Part shown: piece after piece, positions 39,479-53,963 of the stretch | How positions within the stretch are numbered: position 1 is the first letter of the stretch | Layout of the letters: the number at the start of each line of letters is the position of its first letter | Assembly: GCA_951406725.2 (NCBI GenBank) | Contig: OX597827.1 | Span: 682,001 to 746,000, forward strand | Origin: Octopus vulgaris | Lineage: Eukaryota | Reading direction: 5' to 3' | Length of the DNA stretch: 64,000 nucleotides | The notes under the pieces: generated by a model | Database searches by the model: none | What the model was told of the DNA's origin: nothing | Seen by the model: only the letters and a program-made list of their open reading frames with translations | Program-made: the position numbers and the translations under genes

Positions 39479-39867
39479 TGTGTATGAGTGTGCATGTGTA
39501 AGTGTGTATGTTAGTGTGAGTATGTGTGAGCGTGTGCGTATGCGAGCTGCGTGCACTCAGAAATTCTGTGGTGTCTTCTTTTCTTTTTCAGACATCAGTA
39601 AGCGAATGCGATGTTACATTGGTGCAGTGAGATGTATGGAGCTTTTTCTGTAAGCCCGATGTCGGTTATTAACGCGCCACTGGTATAGACACCAACGGCA
39701 GCATACAACTGTTGTCTGTAGGCCTTTGGTTTTTAGGGAAATAAGTTCTTGATTTCGGCAACTTAATGTCCACTCCTTTCAATCTACATCTGCAATATTC
39801 TTGCATTGTGGTTCCTAAGGACACTAGACATGACTTCTTATATTTAGTTATTTATTTATCTACTATA

Positions 39868-39920
<53 letters not shown>

Positions 39921-39955
39921 GCACACACACATGCACGCAAAAACACACATATATA

Positions 39956-40342
39956 TTCTTTTATTCGTTTACTTGTTTCACTCATTTGACTACGGCCATG
40001 CTGGTGCACGGCATTTATCCGAGCGAATCGACCCCCAGGACTTATTCTTTGTTAACCTAGTACTTATTCTATCGCTCTCATTTGCAGAACCGGTTAGTTA
40101 CGGGGACTGAAACACACTAGCATCGGTCGAGGGGACAAACACAGACACAGACAGACAGACACACATGCACACATATATACGATGGGCTTCTTTCAGTTTC
40201 CGTCTACCAAATCTACTCAGAAGGCTTTGGTTGACCCGAGGCTATAGTAGAAGACACTTGCCCAAGGTGCCACGCAGTGGGACTGAAACTAGAACCATGT
40301 GTTTGGGAAGCAATCTTCTTACCACACAGCCACTCCTGCGCC

Positions 40343-40343
<1 letters not shown>
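39956..40343 (-). mobile_element. SINE family A, full length (tRNA-like head, internal microsatellite, LINE-like tail)
   Basis: Minus-strand GGCGCAGGAGTGGCTGTGTGGTAAGAAG...TTCAGTCCCAC head and CCAGCATGGCCGTAGTCAAATGAGTGAAAC tail. Confidence 0.9.
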
Positions 40344-40386
<43 letters not shown>

Positions 40387-40563
40387 TATATAAACATACA
40401 TTTATGCACTTGCACCTGCTTCTGTATGTAGATATGTATGTATGACTATGTCTGTATGTCTGTATGAAAGTGTGTGTGTATTTATTATTTGCGAAAGTAG
40501 TATTAGCTCAAAATAGCATCCTGTATGCATGTATGTATGTGTGTGTGTGTGTGAGTGTGTGTG

Positions 40564-40597
<34 letters not shown>

Positions 40598-40601
<4 letters not shown>

Positions 40602-40797
40602 ATCCAAACAAGAAAACACAAAAAAATACAGCAACGCGAGGAAGTGGAACAAATAAAGTATTATTGGACGCTCAGGAAAGAAGGGAAGAAGGAGGGTTTA
40701 ACGTTTCGAGCGGAGCTCTTCGTCGGAAACAAAGGAGAAGGAAAGATCCCGAGAAGGGAAGACAGAGGAAAAAATTGCTGGCGGTGCTCACGAGGTC
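40598..40797 (-). mobile_element. Short Penelope-terminus-like element with a minimal hammerhead motif
   Basis: Non-repetitive insert between (TA)n runs; minus strand 40730-40696 reads GTTT-CCGACGA-A-GAGC-TCC-GCTC-GAAACGTT-AAAC. Confidence 0.6.
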
Positions 40798-40800
40798 ATA

Positions 40801-40860
<60 letters not shown>

Positions 40861-41220
40861 GGGAGTAAATCCAAACTTACAGGGAAAAATTAGATTTAGG
40901 ATTAAATCTAATTTTACAGTATAAATATATATATTAAATTAGAGATAAAACCACTATTAGGCAAATCAAACAGTGAAAAATATAAACCAAAACATAGGAA
41001 TAAAATTAATTAATATAATATACAAAATATATAAAATATTAAATTAAAAATTTTAATTATTTAAATTTAAAAATATCTGTAAAAGTTTCCAGAAGTTTAT
41101 CATTTAAATATATATGAGCAGGTCAAGATATGCAACTATACGCATGAGAGTACATACATAAAGCAAAACATACAAATCTGCACTTACATTTACATACATA
41201 CACAAACATACATACATACA

Positions 41221-41330
41221 AAAGTACCCTGTTATTGATGTTGAAATTCCAGTGAAGGAGCCTTGGATCTAGGTTAGAAACCGGTTCTTTCACTGTTGGC
41301 AAGAAATCTTGGAATAAAACTGAATAATGA
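41221..41330 (+). mobile_element. R4/Dong-type 3' UTR fragment
   Basis: TTGGCAAGAAATCTTGGAATAAAACTGAATAATGA matches the 3' end of 23373-24405; GGAGCCTTGGATCTAGGTTAGAAACCGG matches the reverse complement of 26825-26856. Confidence 0.7.
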
Positions 41331-41399
41331 TACATACATAGACTGACAAGCGGACAGACAAACAGACAGACAGATAAACAGATCGATCGATAGATAGAT

Positions 41400-41430
41400 G
41401 CATACATACATACATACATATACACACACA

Positions 41431-41462
<32 letters not shown>

Positions 41463-42135
41463 CACACACATGCATACATACATGCATACATACACACATA
41501 CATACATACATACACACATACATACATACATACATACAAACATACATACATACATACATATATACATTCATACATACATACATACAAACATACATCCATA
41601 CATACATACATAAATACATACATACAAACATACATACATACATACATACATACATACATACATACATACATACATACATACAAACATACATACATACATA
41701 CATACATAAATACATACATACATACACATATACATACATACATACATACATACATACATACATCCATACATACATACATGCATACATACACATATACATA
41801 CAAACATACATACATACATACATACATACAAACATACATACATACATACATACACATATACATACATACATACATACATACATACATACATACATACATA
41901 CATACATACATACATACATACGTACATACATACATAAATACATACACATATACATACATACATACATACATACATACATACATACATACACATATACATA
42001 CATACATACATACATACATACATACACACACATATACATACATACATACATACATACATACATACATACATACATACATACATACATACATACATACATA
42101 CATACATACATACATACATACATACATACACACAC
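41400..42135. repeat. ~730-bp imperfect (CATA)n array
   Basis: Directly visible. Confidence 0.97.
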
Positions 42136-43545
42136 ATATACGCGCTCAGACATACGCATTTGACAGCACATTACTCCTCATCACTCCGAATTTTCCTAGT
42201 ACATCATGATGACCACCACCACCGCTGCCACCGCTGCCGCCACCATCATCACTATTACCTCCATGACTCCAAGTAAACTTTCTCTTCGGAAAAGATCCCT
42301 CTTCCCCTACCGAGACTGTGACCAACAGCACTACCTCCTCAACCACACCACCACCACCACCACCACCACCACCACCACCACCACCACCACCACCACCACC
42401 ACCACCACCACCTCTACTATCACCGCTAGTATAATTCTAACTCCACATTCAATACTATCAATAACTTCCAGCCCCTAACCACGACCCGTGTGCCATCACC
42501 GATTTCGCCATCAGCCACTAACACCTCTGCAATTACAACTACCCCCACGCCACCCCCACCGCCATCAGCGCCACTCCTTCACTACGTCATCCAACCGTAC
42601 GTTCCACCCCTAACCGCGCCTCAACTCACCTTGGGGCGGGTGTCACTTCAACTTTAACAACAACATTTAAATCAGGTCGAAAGAATAACATGGAAGCGAG
42701 ATAATTGAAAGATTGACGGTACTGAACCCTTCTCTATACACTACCAACCACCTCTCCAACGACGACCACCACCACTAACACCATCAAAAGCACCACCACC
42801 AAGCCAACTACCATCGACCGAACGACCGATCGTCGTAAAACCACCACCACCACCACCACCACTAGTAACAACAACAACATTCCCGACACCACCAATTCCA
42901 CCTTCGCCACCTCCACCACTAGCACCACCAATTCCAACCACTGCCATCTCCAGCATCACTGTTACCAACACCAACGCCAACTACCATCGACCGACCGATC
43001 GTCATAACCTCCCCCCCCCCATTACCAAATCGAGGCCAGGCCAGGTCAGCGCGAGGCGGGGACGGATGATGGGGACCAGTTAACCTTATAATTAAAACGG
43101 AATTCGACCGAATAAATTTTGGTGAATCTCTTCGATTCCAGATAACATGAAAAAGATGGCGGTGAGAGTAGCAGTGGTGGTGGTGGGGTGAGGCTTGTTG
43201 TGTTGTTGTTTTGTTGTTGCTGTTGTCGTTGCTATTGTTTTCTTGTTGTTGTTATTGTAGATGTTATTCTTGCTGTTGTTCTTGTTATTGTAGTTATTAT
43301 TGTTGTTGTTGTTATTGTAGTTGTTGTTATTGTTGTTGTTGCTGTTATTGTTATTGCTATTGGAGGTGATAGTACTGGTGTTTAGTATTAGTGTTGGTCG
43401 TAATAGTCGAAGTGGTGGTAGTAGTGGTGGTGGTGATGGTTGTGGTGATGGTTGTGGTGGTGGTTGTGGTGGTGGTAATGTTGGTGGTGACACTGTGGTA
43501 GTGGTGATAGCGGAGTTGGTTGTAGTGTTGGTTGTAATACATGCG

Positions 43546-43580
<35 letters not shown>

Positions 43581-43823
43581 GCTGGTGGTTGTCGTAGTGG
43601 TGGTAGGGGTGTCAGTAGGTGTGGTAATAGCAAAATAAATCTATCGATCTGTTTGTGGTGCAGCTGCAGTTGCTGTCGGCGGTGACATCAATAAGAATAG
43701 CAGCAGCAGCAGCAGCAAAGGTAACATAATGGGACAGTAACAACAACAACAATAACAACAGCAAAAACAGAAGGAAAATGAAGTGACTTCAGTCATCTTC
43801 ATCTGCATCGTCATCATTGTTAA

Positions 43824-44056
43824 AGCGGCGAGGGGCTGGCAGAAACGTTAGCACGCCGGGCGAAATGCGTAGCCGTATTTTGTCTGCCGTTACGTTCTGA
43901 GTTCAAATTCTGCCGAGGTCGGCTTTGCCTTTCATCCTTTCGGGGTCGATTAAATAAGTACCAGTTACGCACTGGGGTCGATATAATCGACTTAATCCGT
44001 TTGTGTGTCCTTGTTTGTCCTCTCTGTGTTTAGCCCTTTGTGGGGAGTAAAGAAAT
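43824..44056 (+). mobile_element. SINE-like family D, best-preserved copy
   Basis: GCTGGCAGAAACGTTAGCACGCCGGGCG...GAGTTCAAATTC...CACTGGGGTCGA...TTGTGGGGAGTAAAGAAAT; its 3' half matches the reverse complement of 60622-60764; a partial repeat follows at 44057-44125. Confidence 0.85.
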
Positions 44057-44348
44057 AGGTATTTCGTCCGATTTTTCGTTCTGTGTTCCATTTCCACCGA
44101 GGTCGGCTATGCCTTTCATCCGTTCGCGGCTTGGTGGTGGTGGTCGTCGTCGTGGGATCGATTACTTTGACCCTGCCCCCAAATTTCTCTACTAGTACTT
44201 ATTTGAGAATTTGGAATGTACGTCCAAGTAACAAAAAGGTGTACAAAGCATACACACTTACTGTTATTTTTTTCTACACCTTATAAAGCTCTTTAATATT
44301 CTATCGTTAGCAGCCATTTATAGCACTATTTCATCATATATATATATA

Positions 44349-44853
44349 CTAGCAGCATAGCCCAGCGTTGCCCGGGTATGTAAGAGCCCCTAGTAGGCAA
44401 CGACTAATCCCAATCTAGTCCTTTCCCTTTAATTTCCTGCCAATTTGTGAAAGATATTTTGTTGAAAATATGTCATCTTGAATTTGAACGCGATTTCCCA
44501 AAATGGCATGATTTTATCGATTTTTTCTGATGGTAAGGTATTGCATGGAAAACTAACGTCAGAATTAAGTTTCTTGGGGTAACATAAAGCTTCACCATGA
44601 GTTTGGTGAAAAACGATTGCAAGTTGCGAAAACTACAATAGAAAATGTGTTGCAAATAAAAAATTAGATTCTCGACCCCATGTCGAATTTATCGATTTTT
44701 TTCAGAACTGGGAGAACTTTTCAAAATTTTCGCTGCGTTAGTTTTGAATTATGACATTGGGCTATGTGTGTATCAAGTTTCATCAGAATCGGTTGAAAGC
44801 CGTGGTCAGGGTGAGGGGTACAACCTGACAGACACACAGACAGACAAACTGCC

Positions 44854-44862
<9 letters not shown>
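44349..44862 (-). mobile_element. Non-autonomous Helitron
   Basis: Minus-strand 3' end CCCGGGCAACGCTGGG hairpin followed by CTAG|T; the 5' end merges into a (TA)n run. Confidence 0.75.
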
Positions 44863-44899
<37 letters not shown>

Positions 44900-45072
44900 T
44901 TGTGTGTGTGTGTGTGTGTGAAGTATATTTGCCACTTAGATGTGACTAAACACTAAGGGTGGATGCTACTGTAGCTTGTAGCCCCAGGAGAACATCTTCT
45001 CCTGCTGGCTAATGACATACTTCACATTGTCGTGCAGCTAATGTTTATACCTCGTTCAGAGATTTATTATTG

Positions 45073-45142
<70 letters not shown>

Positions 45143-45267
45143 CGTAACATATAATTGCCAACCAAGTGTGACGTCCCATACGGGGCAATGCTACTGACGT
45201 TTATAGAACCAAGAAGATATCTCTTGCAGCTCTCCAACGACATATGCATATATAGAATATACATATA

Positions 45268-45780
45268 TCTATATATATAAAACTGTAGTTGTGTGAGTGT
45301 CTGTCTCCTACGATTTAGATTCCTAACTCCTCCCACATTTTGTGGTGCAGTTTAACCAAATTCGGGTATATTATAGTCATGATTAATATCGAGTCCGTCT
45401 GGCTATTAGCGCGCGTCTACGATGAGTCTACGATTTTAAAAATAATTTAACATCATTTTTTATTCCATTTTAATGCATAATTTTTCGTGTGTCGATGGCG
45501 GCGGAGTTGGCGTCCATAGTCACACCTGCACCTGTTTGCTTCTCCCCCTTCTTCCCTCCCTCGTGAAGCCGTGGGGAAGGGAGTGTAAGGAAATCAACGT
45601 CGTAAAGCGTTGTCAAGGAGACCAGCGATCTTTTAGAACAACGACTTCATGGCTTGAAGACACCAAAACAGAAATGGCTAAGAAAGCCCGAATTGGCATC
45701 TATAAGGGAAGTAACTCTCTAAAAATGCTTATATAGTTATTTCCCTTACAAACCCGAGCAACGCCGGGCGATACTACTAG
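45268..45780 (+). mobile_element. Non-autonomous Helitron, 513 bp
   Basis: A|TC 5' end, subterminal hairpin CCCGAGCAACGCCGGG (45753-45768), CTAG|T 3' end, no TSD. Confidence 0.85.
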
Positions 45781-46014
45781 TATATATATATATATATATA
45801 CATACATAAACACACACACACACACACGTATATATATATGGATTAATTACTGTGAAGCATTGTGTAGAATATATCGTATAAAAGATTGTGGGTAAGGCAA
45901 AAACAATGCAAAGTAAATGCCAGGTAAATCACAAGATAACAAATATGTGAATTAACGTAGACTTACCTTGTATTCAATATTTAGGGGGTTATGACTCCAT
46001 TTTCAAGAAATTGA

Positions 46015-46815
46015 CGAATGTTGCCGATGCGCAGTAATTCCAGCTTGAATTCTACGAGGTATGGACTCGTACAAAGTTTGAATTTTTTCCAAAAGGAATT
46101 TTTGTCCATTCTTCAGCTAAAAGTCTCCAGTTCTCGTTGTGATGATGGTGGAAGATATCGACTCTTTACTTGTTCTTCTTGTTGGAAGAAGGCAGTCTGG
46201 GTCAGATGCTTCTTTTGACTGTCTCTACACGTATACTCGGCCGGTTGTCGGAAATAAGGTAAAGGATGACTTGTCCGAGAAAATAACATTTTTCCACTGC
46301 TCTAGGGACCAATTCTGTAGGTTTTTACTTTACTCTAAACACTTTGCAACGTTTGTTTTTGAAAGTAGTGGTTTTCTGATTGCAGCCCTCCCGTGAAATC
46401 CGGTTTTGCGCGGCTCCCGGGGAATAGTTTTTGTGGAAACCGAGTTCTCGAGGTGGTCATTAAGCTCTGCTGTAATTTTGGAAGCTGTACTTTTGTGATC
46501 CTTTCTAACAATTCACGTAAGAGCCCGACGGTCGCTATCTCGAAGTTTTGATTTTCTTCCGGAGTTTTGTTTCGACGAGGAAGTTTTTCCCTCTTTCTCA
46601 TAAGTTGTCATTACTTTCGTGACTTTTTTTGATACACCAAACATTTCGGCTGTTTTCGTTACGCTAGTGTCTACCATACAAGCACCAACAATATGACTTC
46701 TTTGAAAGTCTGAAAGATCTGTCATTTTAATGAATTTTAATTACTTTTTTTCTGATGATATCTGAAAAGAAACAGCAATTTTCCCACCTTGTTTCACATT
46801 TATATGCCTACACCG

Positions 46816-46818
<3 letters not shown>
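46015..46818 (-). mobile_element. Internally deleted Tc1-like element
   Basis: MTDLSDFQRSHIVG...GRKSKL...WKNVIFSDKSSF...DPDCLLPT joined to C-terminal EEWTKIP...IQTLYESIPRRIQA; the 5' end lies next to TA. Confidence 0.88.
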
Positions 46819-46857
<39 letters not shown>

Positions 46858-47467
46858 GACGAGCTTCTTTGAGTTTCCGTCTACCAAATCCTCTCACAAG
46901 GCTTTGGTCGGCCCGAGGCTATAGTAGAAGACATTTGCCCAAGGTGTCATATGAAGATCAACATACTATACCAGCTGATGAAGAATCCCCACAGAAAGAC
47001 ACTCCACGAGGTAGCCGTTTCTCTTTTACACGATAATCCAGCCAAATATCCTTCCATTACAAGCGAAACCGAACATTTGGCATTTAAATGTTGCTAACAT
47101 TTGACGGAACCGTGAAAGCTTTCGAGTGTTGAGCCTAAAGAAACAATACATATTTATGCACGAATCCATATCATATGTTGTGTTTTTGGCAAATTTCAAG
47201 CGAAGGCAAAAGAGATGAACTATGATATTCTTGAGACCTTCTTAACTAGGATTAAGTAAGCAACGTTGTTGATTTAGAAAATATGGAATATGTCAATGTA
47301 TATGATCTGCTGCTATTAAGATTATCTTTAATGATTAATGTGTGTATGTGTGGATCTATATATCTATCTATGTCTCCCTCTCTCTCTTCCTTTTTCTTTC
47401 TCTGTGTTTATCTATATACATACATACATATATATATACATACATACTTATGTAGATACATACATAC

Positions 47468-47508
<41 letters not shown>

Positions 47509-47561
47509 AACACACACACACACACACAAACAAACACACACACATCACACACACACACACA

Positions 47562-47778
47562 AGGAGGTTGGTGAAAAGTTCCTGGCTTTAAGATTATCAC
47601 GAATGACCTGGTTGGATTTCCATACTTCCGAGTTCTTTTACAGGGCTTAGAAAAACCGAAGGACCGCTGCAATAAGTGTGTGAACCTGAGAGGGGAATAT
47701 GTAGAATAAAACCATAATTAGCTGATCCACGTGTATTTTCTTTTACCCAAAGCCAGGAACTTTTCAGCACCATCATGT
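47562..47778 (+). mobile_element. Mariner-derived MITE
   Basis: Inverted repeats TGAAAAGTTCCTGGCTTT / AAAGCCAGGAACTTTTCA; internal [11 protein letters not shown]-stop (mariner C-terminus). Confidence 0.85.
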
Positions 47779-47827
47779 ATATGTATATACCGTCTGATAT
47801 ATATATATATATATATATGTTCCGTCT

Positions 47828-47874
<47 letters not shown>

Positions 47875-47964
47875 GATATGATATATATATATATATATAT
47901 GTACATAAATATGTATATATATGTACATATATATGTATATATATGTACATATATATATATCTAC

Positions 47965-47995
<31 letters not shown>

Positions 47996-48401
47996 TATAA
48001 ATATATATACTTCACTTATATAGGTAGATAGATAGATAGACAGATGCACACACATACAAACACACAATATATCTATATTCATACACACCTATATTTAGAG
48101 ACAGTAAGACAGATATATAGATGGATTAATAGATCGATAGATCGATAAACAGGTAGATGGATAAAGAGATAGATAGATACACAGATGAACAGATAAATAG
48201 ATGGATAGAGAGATTGATAAATAGAGATTATAATACTACTGAGATTAATAGTTCTAAATCTAACATTCCTATGAGAACTGAAGTCTTGACCACCACCGCA
48301 ACCACCAGCACCAACACCAACACCACTGCTACCAGTACCGCTAATACCATGCTGCCACATCCAACATCAACATTACTGCTATTACCACCAGTACTAGCAC
48401 C

Positions 48402-48433
<32 letters not shown>

Positions 48434-49120
48434 CAACAACATCTTATTCCATCACAGGCACCAACACTACCCCATAATACCACTCCAACACCACAACCAC
48501 CATTACCACCATGGCCGCTAATACTGCAACCCGGCCACAGCCATCATTATCATCATCATTACCACCACTACCACTACTGCAGCCCCAACGCCACAACCAT
48601 TACTACCGCCGTCAGCACAACCTATACCACCACAAGCACCACAATATATCACCACCACCACCACCACCTCCAAAACCAGCTCCAACAACAGCAGCAGCAG
48701 CAGCCCCCCCCCCCCCCACCACATCGCCACCGCCGCCACCACCGCCGCCACCACCGCCGCCACCACCGCCACCACCACCGCCGCCGCCACCACCACCACC
48801 ATCTCGTAGTCGTTGTAGTTTCTTTCATTTGCAAAGTAATGAAGCAAAAAGTTAAAACGTAGATCAACACCAAATCAAACACGGAAGAGAGTTCAATAGC
48901 GGATGTCTCCCCTTGAGCAAGTTTCTTGTTTGACGAATATTTCATTTCCCACATCCTGTGTTTCCAAGATGGCTTACAGATGTACATTAAGATAATAACT
49001 TCAACTTCCTCTTCATTCTTTGTTATAAGCAATCAATCTGTCTGTCTGACTGTCCCCCACTCTTACTTATCTCTCATTTAGTCTAGCTTTCCCTCTATCT
49101 ATCTATCCATCTATCTATCA

Positions 49121-49196
<76 letters not shown>

Positions 49197-49498
49197 GTAT
49201 ATGTATATGAGTGTATATATTATGTGTGTGTGCGTGTATATATGTATTGTGTGTGTGCGAGTGTATGCAAAAATCAGGAAAACATAAGACGTAAAGTGAA
49301 AACAAAGAGTAATTATTTGCTCGACGTTCGATGATGAAAGAAAATTCGAAGCGTCTTTCGCGTTTCAAGTTTAAACTCTTCACATACGTACATTCATACG
49401 TATATGCAAAACATGAATGTATGTATGTATGTATGTATGGATTTATGTATGTATGTATATATGTATTATGTACGTATGTATGTATTTATGTATGTATG

Positions 49499-49534
<36 letters not shown>

Positions 49535-49773
49535 CCTTTTCCTTTTTTTATTTTTATTTTTATTTTTTATTTTATTTTATTTTTTAAAAATTATTTTTAT
49601 TTTTATTTTTTTGTTCTTTTCTTCCCTTTTACGATCCCTCTTGATCGAAAAAATACGCCACCCCCACTCTTTTTTGTTTCTTTAGTTTTTTGTTTTTTTC
49701 ATCCCCCAAAAGAAAAGCTCTACCTTGTAACTTGTCCCATCTGTGTGCAGCCCTGTGTGGCCAATAAAGAAAC

Positions 49774-49804
<31 letters not shown>

Positions 49805-49821
49805 TAATATCTTCAAAAATA

Positions 49822-49879
<58 letters not shown>

Positions 49880-49884
49880 TATTT

Positions 49885-50235
49885 CTCGTTTCAGTCATTG
49901 GTGATGTTGAGGCTCAACCTTGAAGAATTTTGTCTCATAAATCTATTCCAATGCTTACTTTATTTTTAAAACTCTGGTCGCTTTCGCTGGAACCGCTAAG
50001 TTGTTGATATATATAAGCAAATAAATACTGGTTATCAAACCACAAAACACATGCTCGCGCGCATATATACATTTGCATATACATACACACATACATGTAT
50101 ATACAACGGGCTTTCACATAATTTCCGTCAGCAAATTTAACTCACAAGTCATTGGTAATTTCGGGGCTATTTTAGAAGATATTTGCTCAAGGTACCACAC
50201 AGTGCGATTGAATCCGAACACATGTGAGTGGAAAG
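49885..50235 (-). mobile_element. SINE family A, degraded
   Basis: GTTTCAGTCATT tail, GAACCGCTAAGTT body and CAAGGTACCACACAGTG head. Confidence 0.65.
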
Positions 50236-50614
50236 TGAGATTTTTAACCACACCATCGAGATCTCTCTCTCTCTCTCTCCCTCTCTCTCTCTCTCTCTAT
50301 CTATCTACCTATCTATCTATCCATCAAAAATTGGAGGAGGGTAATGAACATGGCGTCGGCGGTAGCAGTGGCGGCAATCTTTTCCTATGTCTTATAACAG
50401 CACGAGTGTTTCAAATCTCACAATCTTCTTCAGGGCAATACTGCAGGGATTCGGAAGACCAGAGACACTAGCGCTGCCGGAAGGCATCTATCAGCAATAG
50501 AAATATTATACTCTGCGTTCACGATGTATTCAGTATTGCACTGTATGAGTGGTCGGCTTGTGTTTCTAATTAAGAACCTAATTCTCACATATACATACAT
50601 ACAGACATACATAC

Positions 50615-50647
<33 letters not shown>

Positions 50648-50753
50648 TGTATGTATGTATGTATGTATGTATGTATGTGTGTATGTATGTATATATATAT
50701 ATGGGTATGTGTGTGAGTATATACATACATACACACACATAAATATGTGTGTA

Positions 50754-50810
<57 letters not shown>

Positions 50811-51717
50811 ACGTGTGTGTGTGTAGGTATAGATGGTTGAATACATACGTACTGTTGACCTTATAAAAATGTATCTATTTCGAGGGAGCGTGGAATCATT
50901 TCTTTTTGGAGCGTAGATATCGAATCAGATAAAGCAATAACTAATAGCATACATACTTATATATATACACACACATATATATATATACATATATATATAC
51001 ACACATATATATATATACATCATATATATACATATAAATACATGCATATGTGATGACCTCTTACGGAAAGTTAACAGAGGAGATGAGGATAATATCTTCA
51101 ATGTATTTGGCGGGATTATATATTTCAATTTGAAATTAAAGAAAATGGGAAAAGATACATGCAATACACATAATTAGGTATTTAATGTTTTTACAAAGTC
51201 CTTAGACTAGTCAGTGGTGATCATGCAAACTATTATTAGTATTATTTCATTCTTTTTAGAACCATCAGCATGACATAGCCCGAAGTATATTAATTAATAT
51301 TTTTATGAAGCGAAACATTTTTGTTATTGATGGAAAATAGGAAAATAGTGTGATTTAACAGTTGGTCGGCAAATAACTAGTATTTGGAAATCCACGGGTA
51401 TTCGTGTATACTCCGAAAGAAACTGCGAGAAAGACTAGTATTATAGTACAGGTTTCATTTGATTGCACTTTAGATTTGGCTAGGTCACAGTGTGCATACA
51501 GTCAGCTAAGTACAACATATAGAGAGCAGAGTACATTATACAAAGAGTAAAGTACAATGTTTTATGAAATCTATTTTGTTTTGCTTTATACATATATGGA
51601 TACGTGTATATGTGTGTATGTTGGTGCGCGCGTTTGTCGTTTGTTGAGTAATTATGAATTAGAAATAAAAATGGAGATGGTAACATTTAATAATTCGATA
51701 TTTTTAATGGTAATAAC

Positions 51718-51759
<42 letters not shown>

Positions 51760-51883
51760 GTAACAGAAAAGAGGAATTAAAATAAGTAAAACATAATATC
51801 ATGAATAGCGATAACGAAACCGGTCGATATATTAAAAATTATATTAAAACTATGTAAGTGTGCGTATTTTCCTTTTTTTAACT

Positions 51884-51930
<47 letters not shown>

Positions 51931-52597
51931 CTTTCTCATAAATTCATTTAAAATGAAGAATATCGGTGTTTTATGGTAATTCCAAATCAGAATTTATGAT
52001 ATTCTACAATGCTTCTTGTTGTTTGCAAACACATGTTTGTATGTGCGCGCTTGTGTGAGTTCGTTTGAAAGCGATTGGAATTTTGCTGAGATCACGATTA
52101 GAAGGCCATGAGTTCGAAATCTGGACTGGGCAGCCCCTTATGTCTTTAAAGGAGGCAATTCATTTCATATTTCTTCAGCGACCTTACCTTTAATTAAGTA
52201 ATAACCGATTAGTGGTGCATTCCCAACTGCGGAGACTGGTACCACTTCAAATTTTAACTAAATGATTATGCTATATAATTAACAGTTTAATTAAAAGAAA
52301 GATTTGAAGATGTATCAGTCACCATACTCTCTGCTATACAAATATGTTTATAGGTTAGTTAATACATGTTTTTAACGTATTTTAACTGCTAAGAGGCAAA
52401 GTCACTGCTGTTAGCGTAGAGGAAAATTCTCTCTTATTGTCAAAGGTGTAAAACATCATATCTGCCCAGACTACCAGGCATTGATGTTTCTAACTTTTAA
52501 GCCTTTATAAATGGGAAATACCTAAGAGAGACAACTCTGCACAGATGTTATCAAAACCATGGCTGTTATATATATGATTGACTGTATCATATATATG

Positions 52598-52654
<57 letters not shown>

Positions 52655-52676
52655 ACACACACAAATACATATATAT

Positions 52677-52862
52677 GAGAGAATTCAAAAAAGAACCCAA
52701 AAGACGAAGACAGGTGGTGTAGACAACAAACATATGTATTAGTTAACGCTCGGGAAGTGAAAATGTCTTTAACGTTTCGAGCCTACGCTCTTCCACAGAA
52801 AGGAACACAGAAAGAAACAAGGAGAGAAAATAAAGACTGTATAGTGGCTAGCGATCTATCAT
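52677..52862 (-). mobile_element. Second short element with a minimal hammerhead-like motif
   Basis: Minus strand 52802-52767 reads CTTT-CTGTGGA-A-GAGC-GTAG-GCTC-GAAACGTT-AAAG; flanked by microsatellites. Confidence 0.55.
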
Positions 52863-52867
52863 ACACA

Positions 52868-52911
<44 letters not shown>

Positions 52912-53164
52912 CATATAAATATATATGTGTGTGTATATGCGTATATATATACACACACATACACACACACTTATATATATCCGCATATATATATATATAT
53001 GTATGTATGTATTTATGTATGTATGTAGGTATGTATGCATGCATGTATGTATGTATGTATGTAGTTATGTATGTGTGTGCGTACGTATTATCCAATAATA
53101 TTTATATACATGTATATATACAGTATATATGTGTGTGTGTATGCGCGCACACACACACATGTAT

Positions 53165-53290
53165 ATACGACAGGCTATTCATAAGGCGTTGGTTGGCCCG
53201 AGGCTATAGTAAAAGACACTTCTCCACGGTGCCACGCAGTGGGACTGAATCGGGAATCATGTGGTTGAGAAGCAAGCTTGTTACCACACA
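53165..53290 (-). mobile_element. SINE family A, 5' half
   Basis: GGCCCGAGGCTATAGTA...GGTGCCACGCAGTGGGACTGAA...TTACCACACAG. Confidence 0.8.
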
Positions 53291-53649
53291 GTTTATACAC
53301 ACACACGCACGCAGATATATATTTATATATATATATACACACACATAATATACATAATATACTCATATATACACATACAACATACATCTCTTATTATATA
53401 TACATATATTCTCTTGCAGAGAAGGACAGAGAAAGAGACAGAGAGAGTAGAGTGAGAGAGGGTAAATGATGAAAGTGAGTGGTAGTGGTAAATTTGTTTA
53501 ACTAAAGAGAATTATAATTACAATTAAAAATAAATCGAATCTGAACAGGACGGTACTGGTGCTGCTAAGGAGCTGGCTAATGAGGTCGGTAATTAGCTTG
53601 TTAGGTAGATTAGAGAGATCAGATAGATAGATTAGATAGATAGACAGAC

Positions 53650-53712
<63 letters not shown>

Positions 53713-53919
53713 CAGATAGATAGATAGATAGATAAACAGATAGAGAGCGAGAGAGATAGAGAGTTAGTTCACACACACATACACACACACAGACACACGC
53801 ACAAAACAAACTCCAAACTTTCCATCTGTGGAAGAAAATATTTTCCACACCTATGTACCTATATTCTGCACTAAAAATTAACACCCTTCTGCGTCAGAAT
53901 GCATACCACATGCGCACAT

Positions 53920-53963
<44 letters not shown>

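Noticed and set aside
46972-47000. CTGATGAAG...GAAAG as a hammerhead (also CTGATGA at ~32026 and ~59235)
   Set aside because: No convincing helices I-III could be formed.
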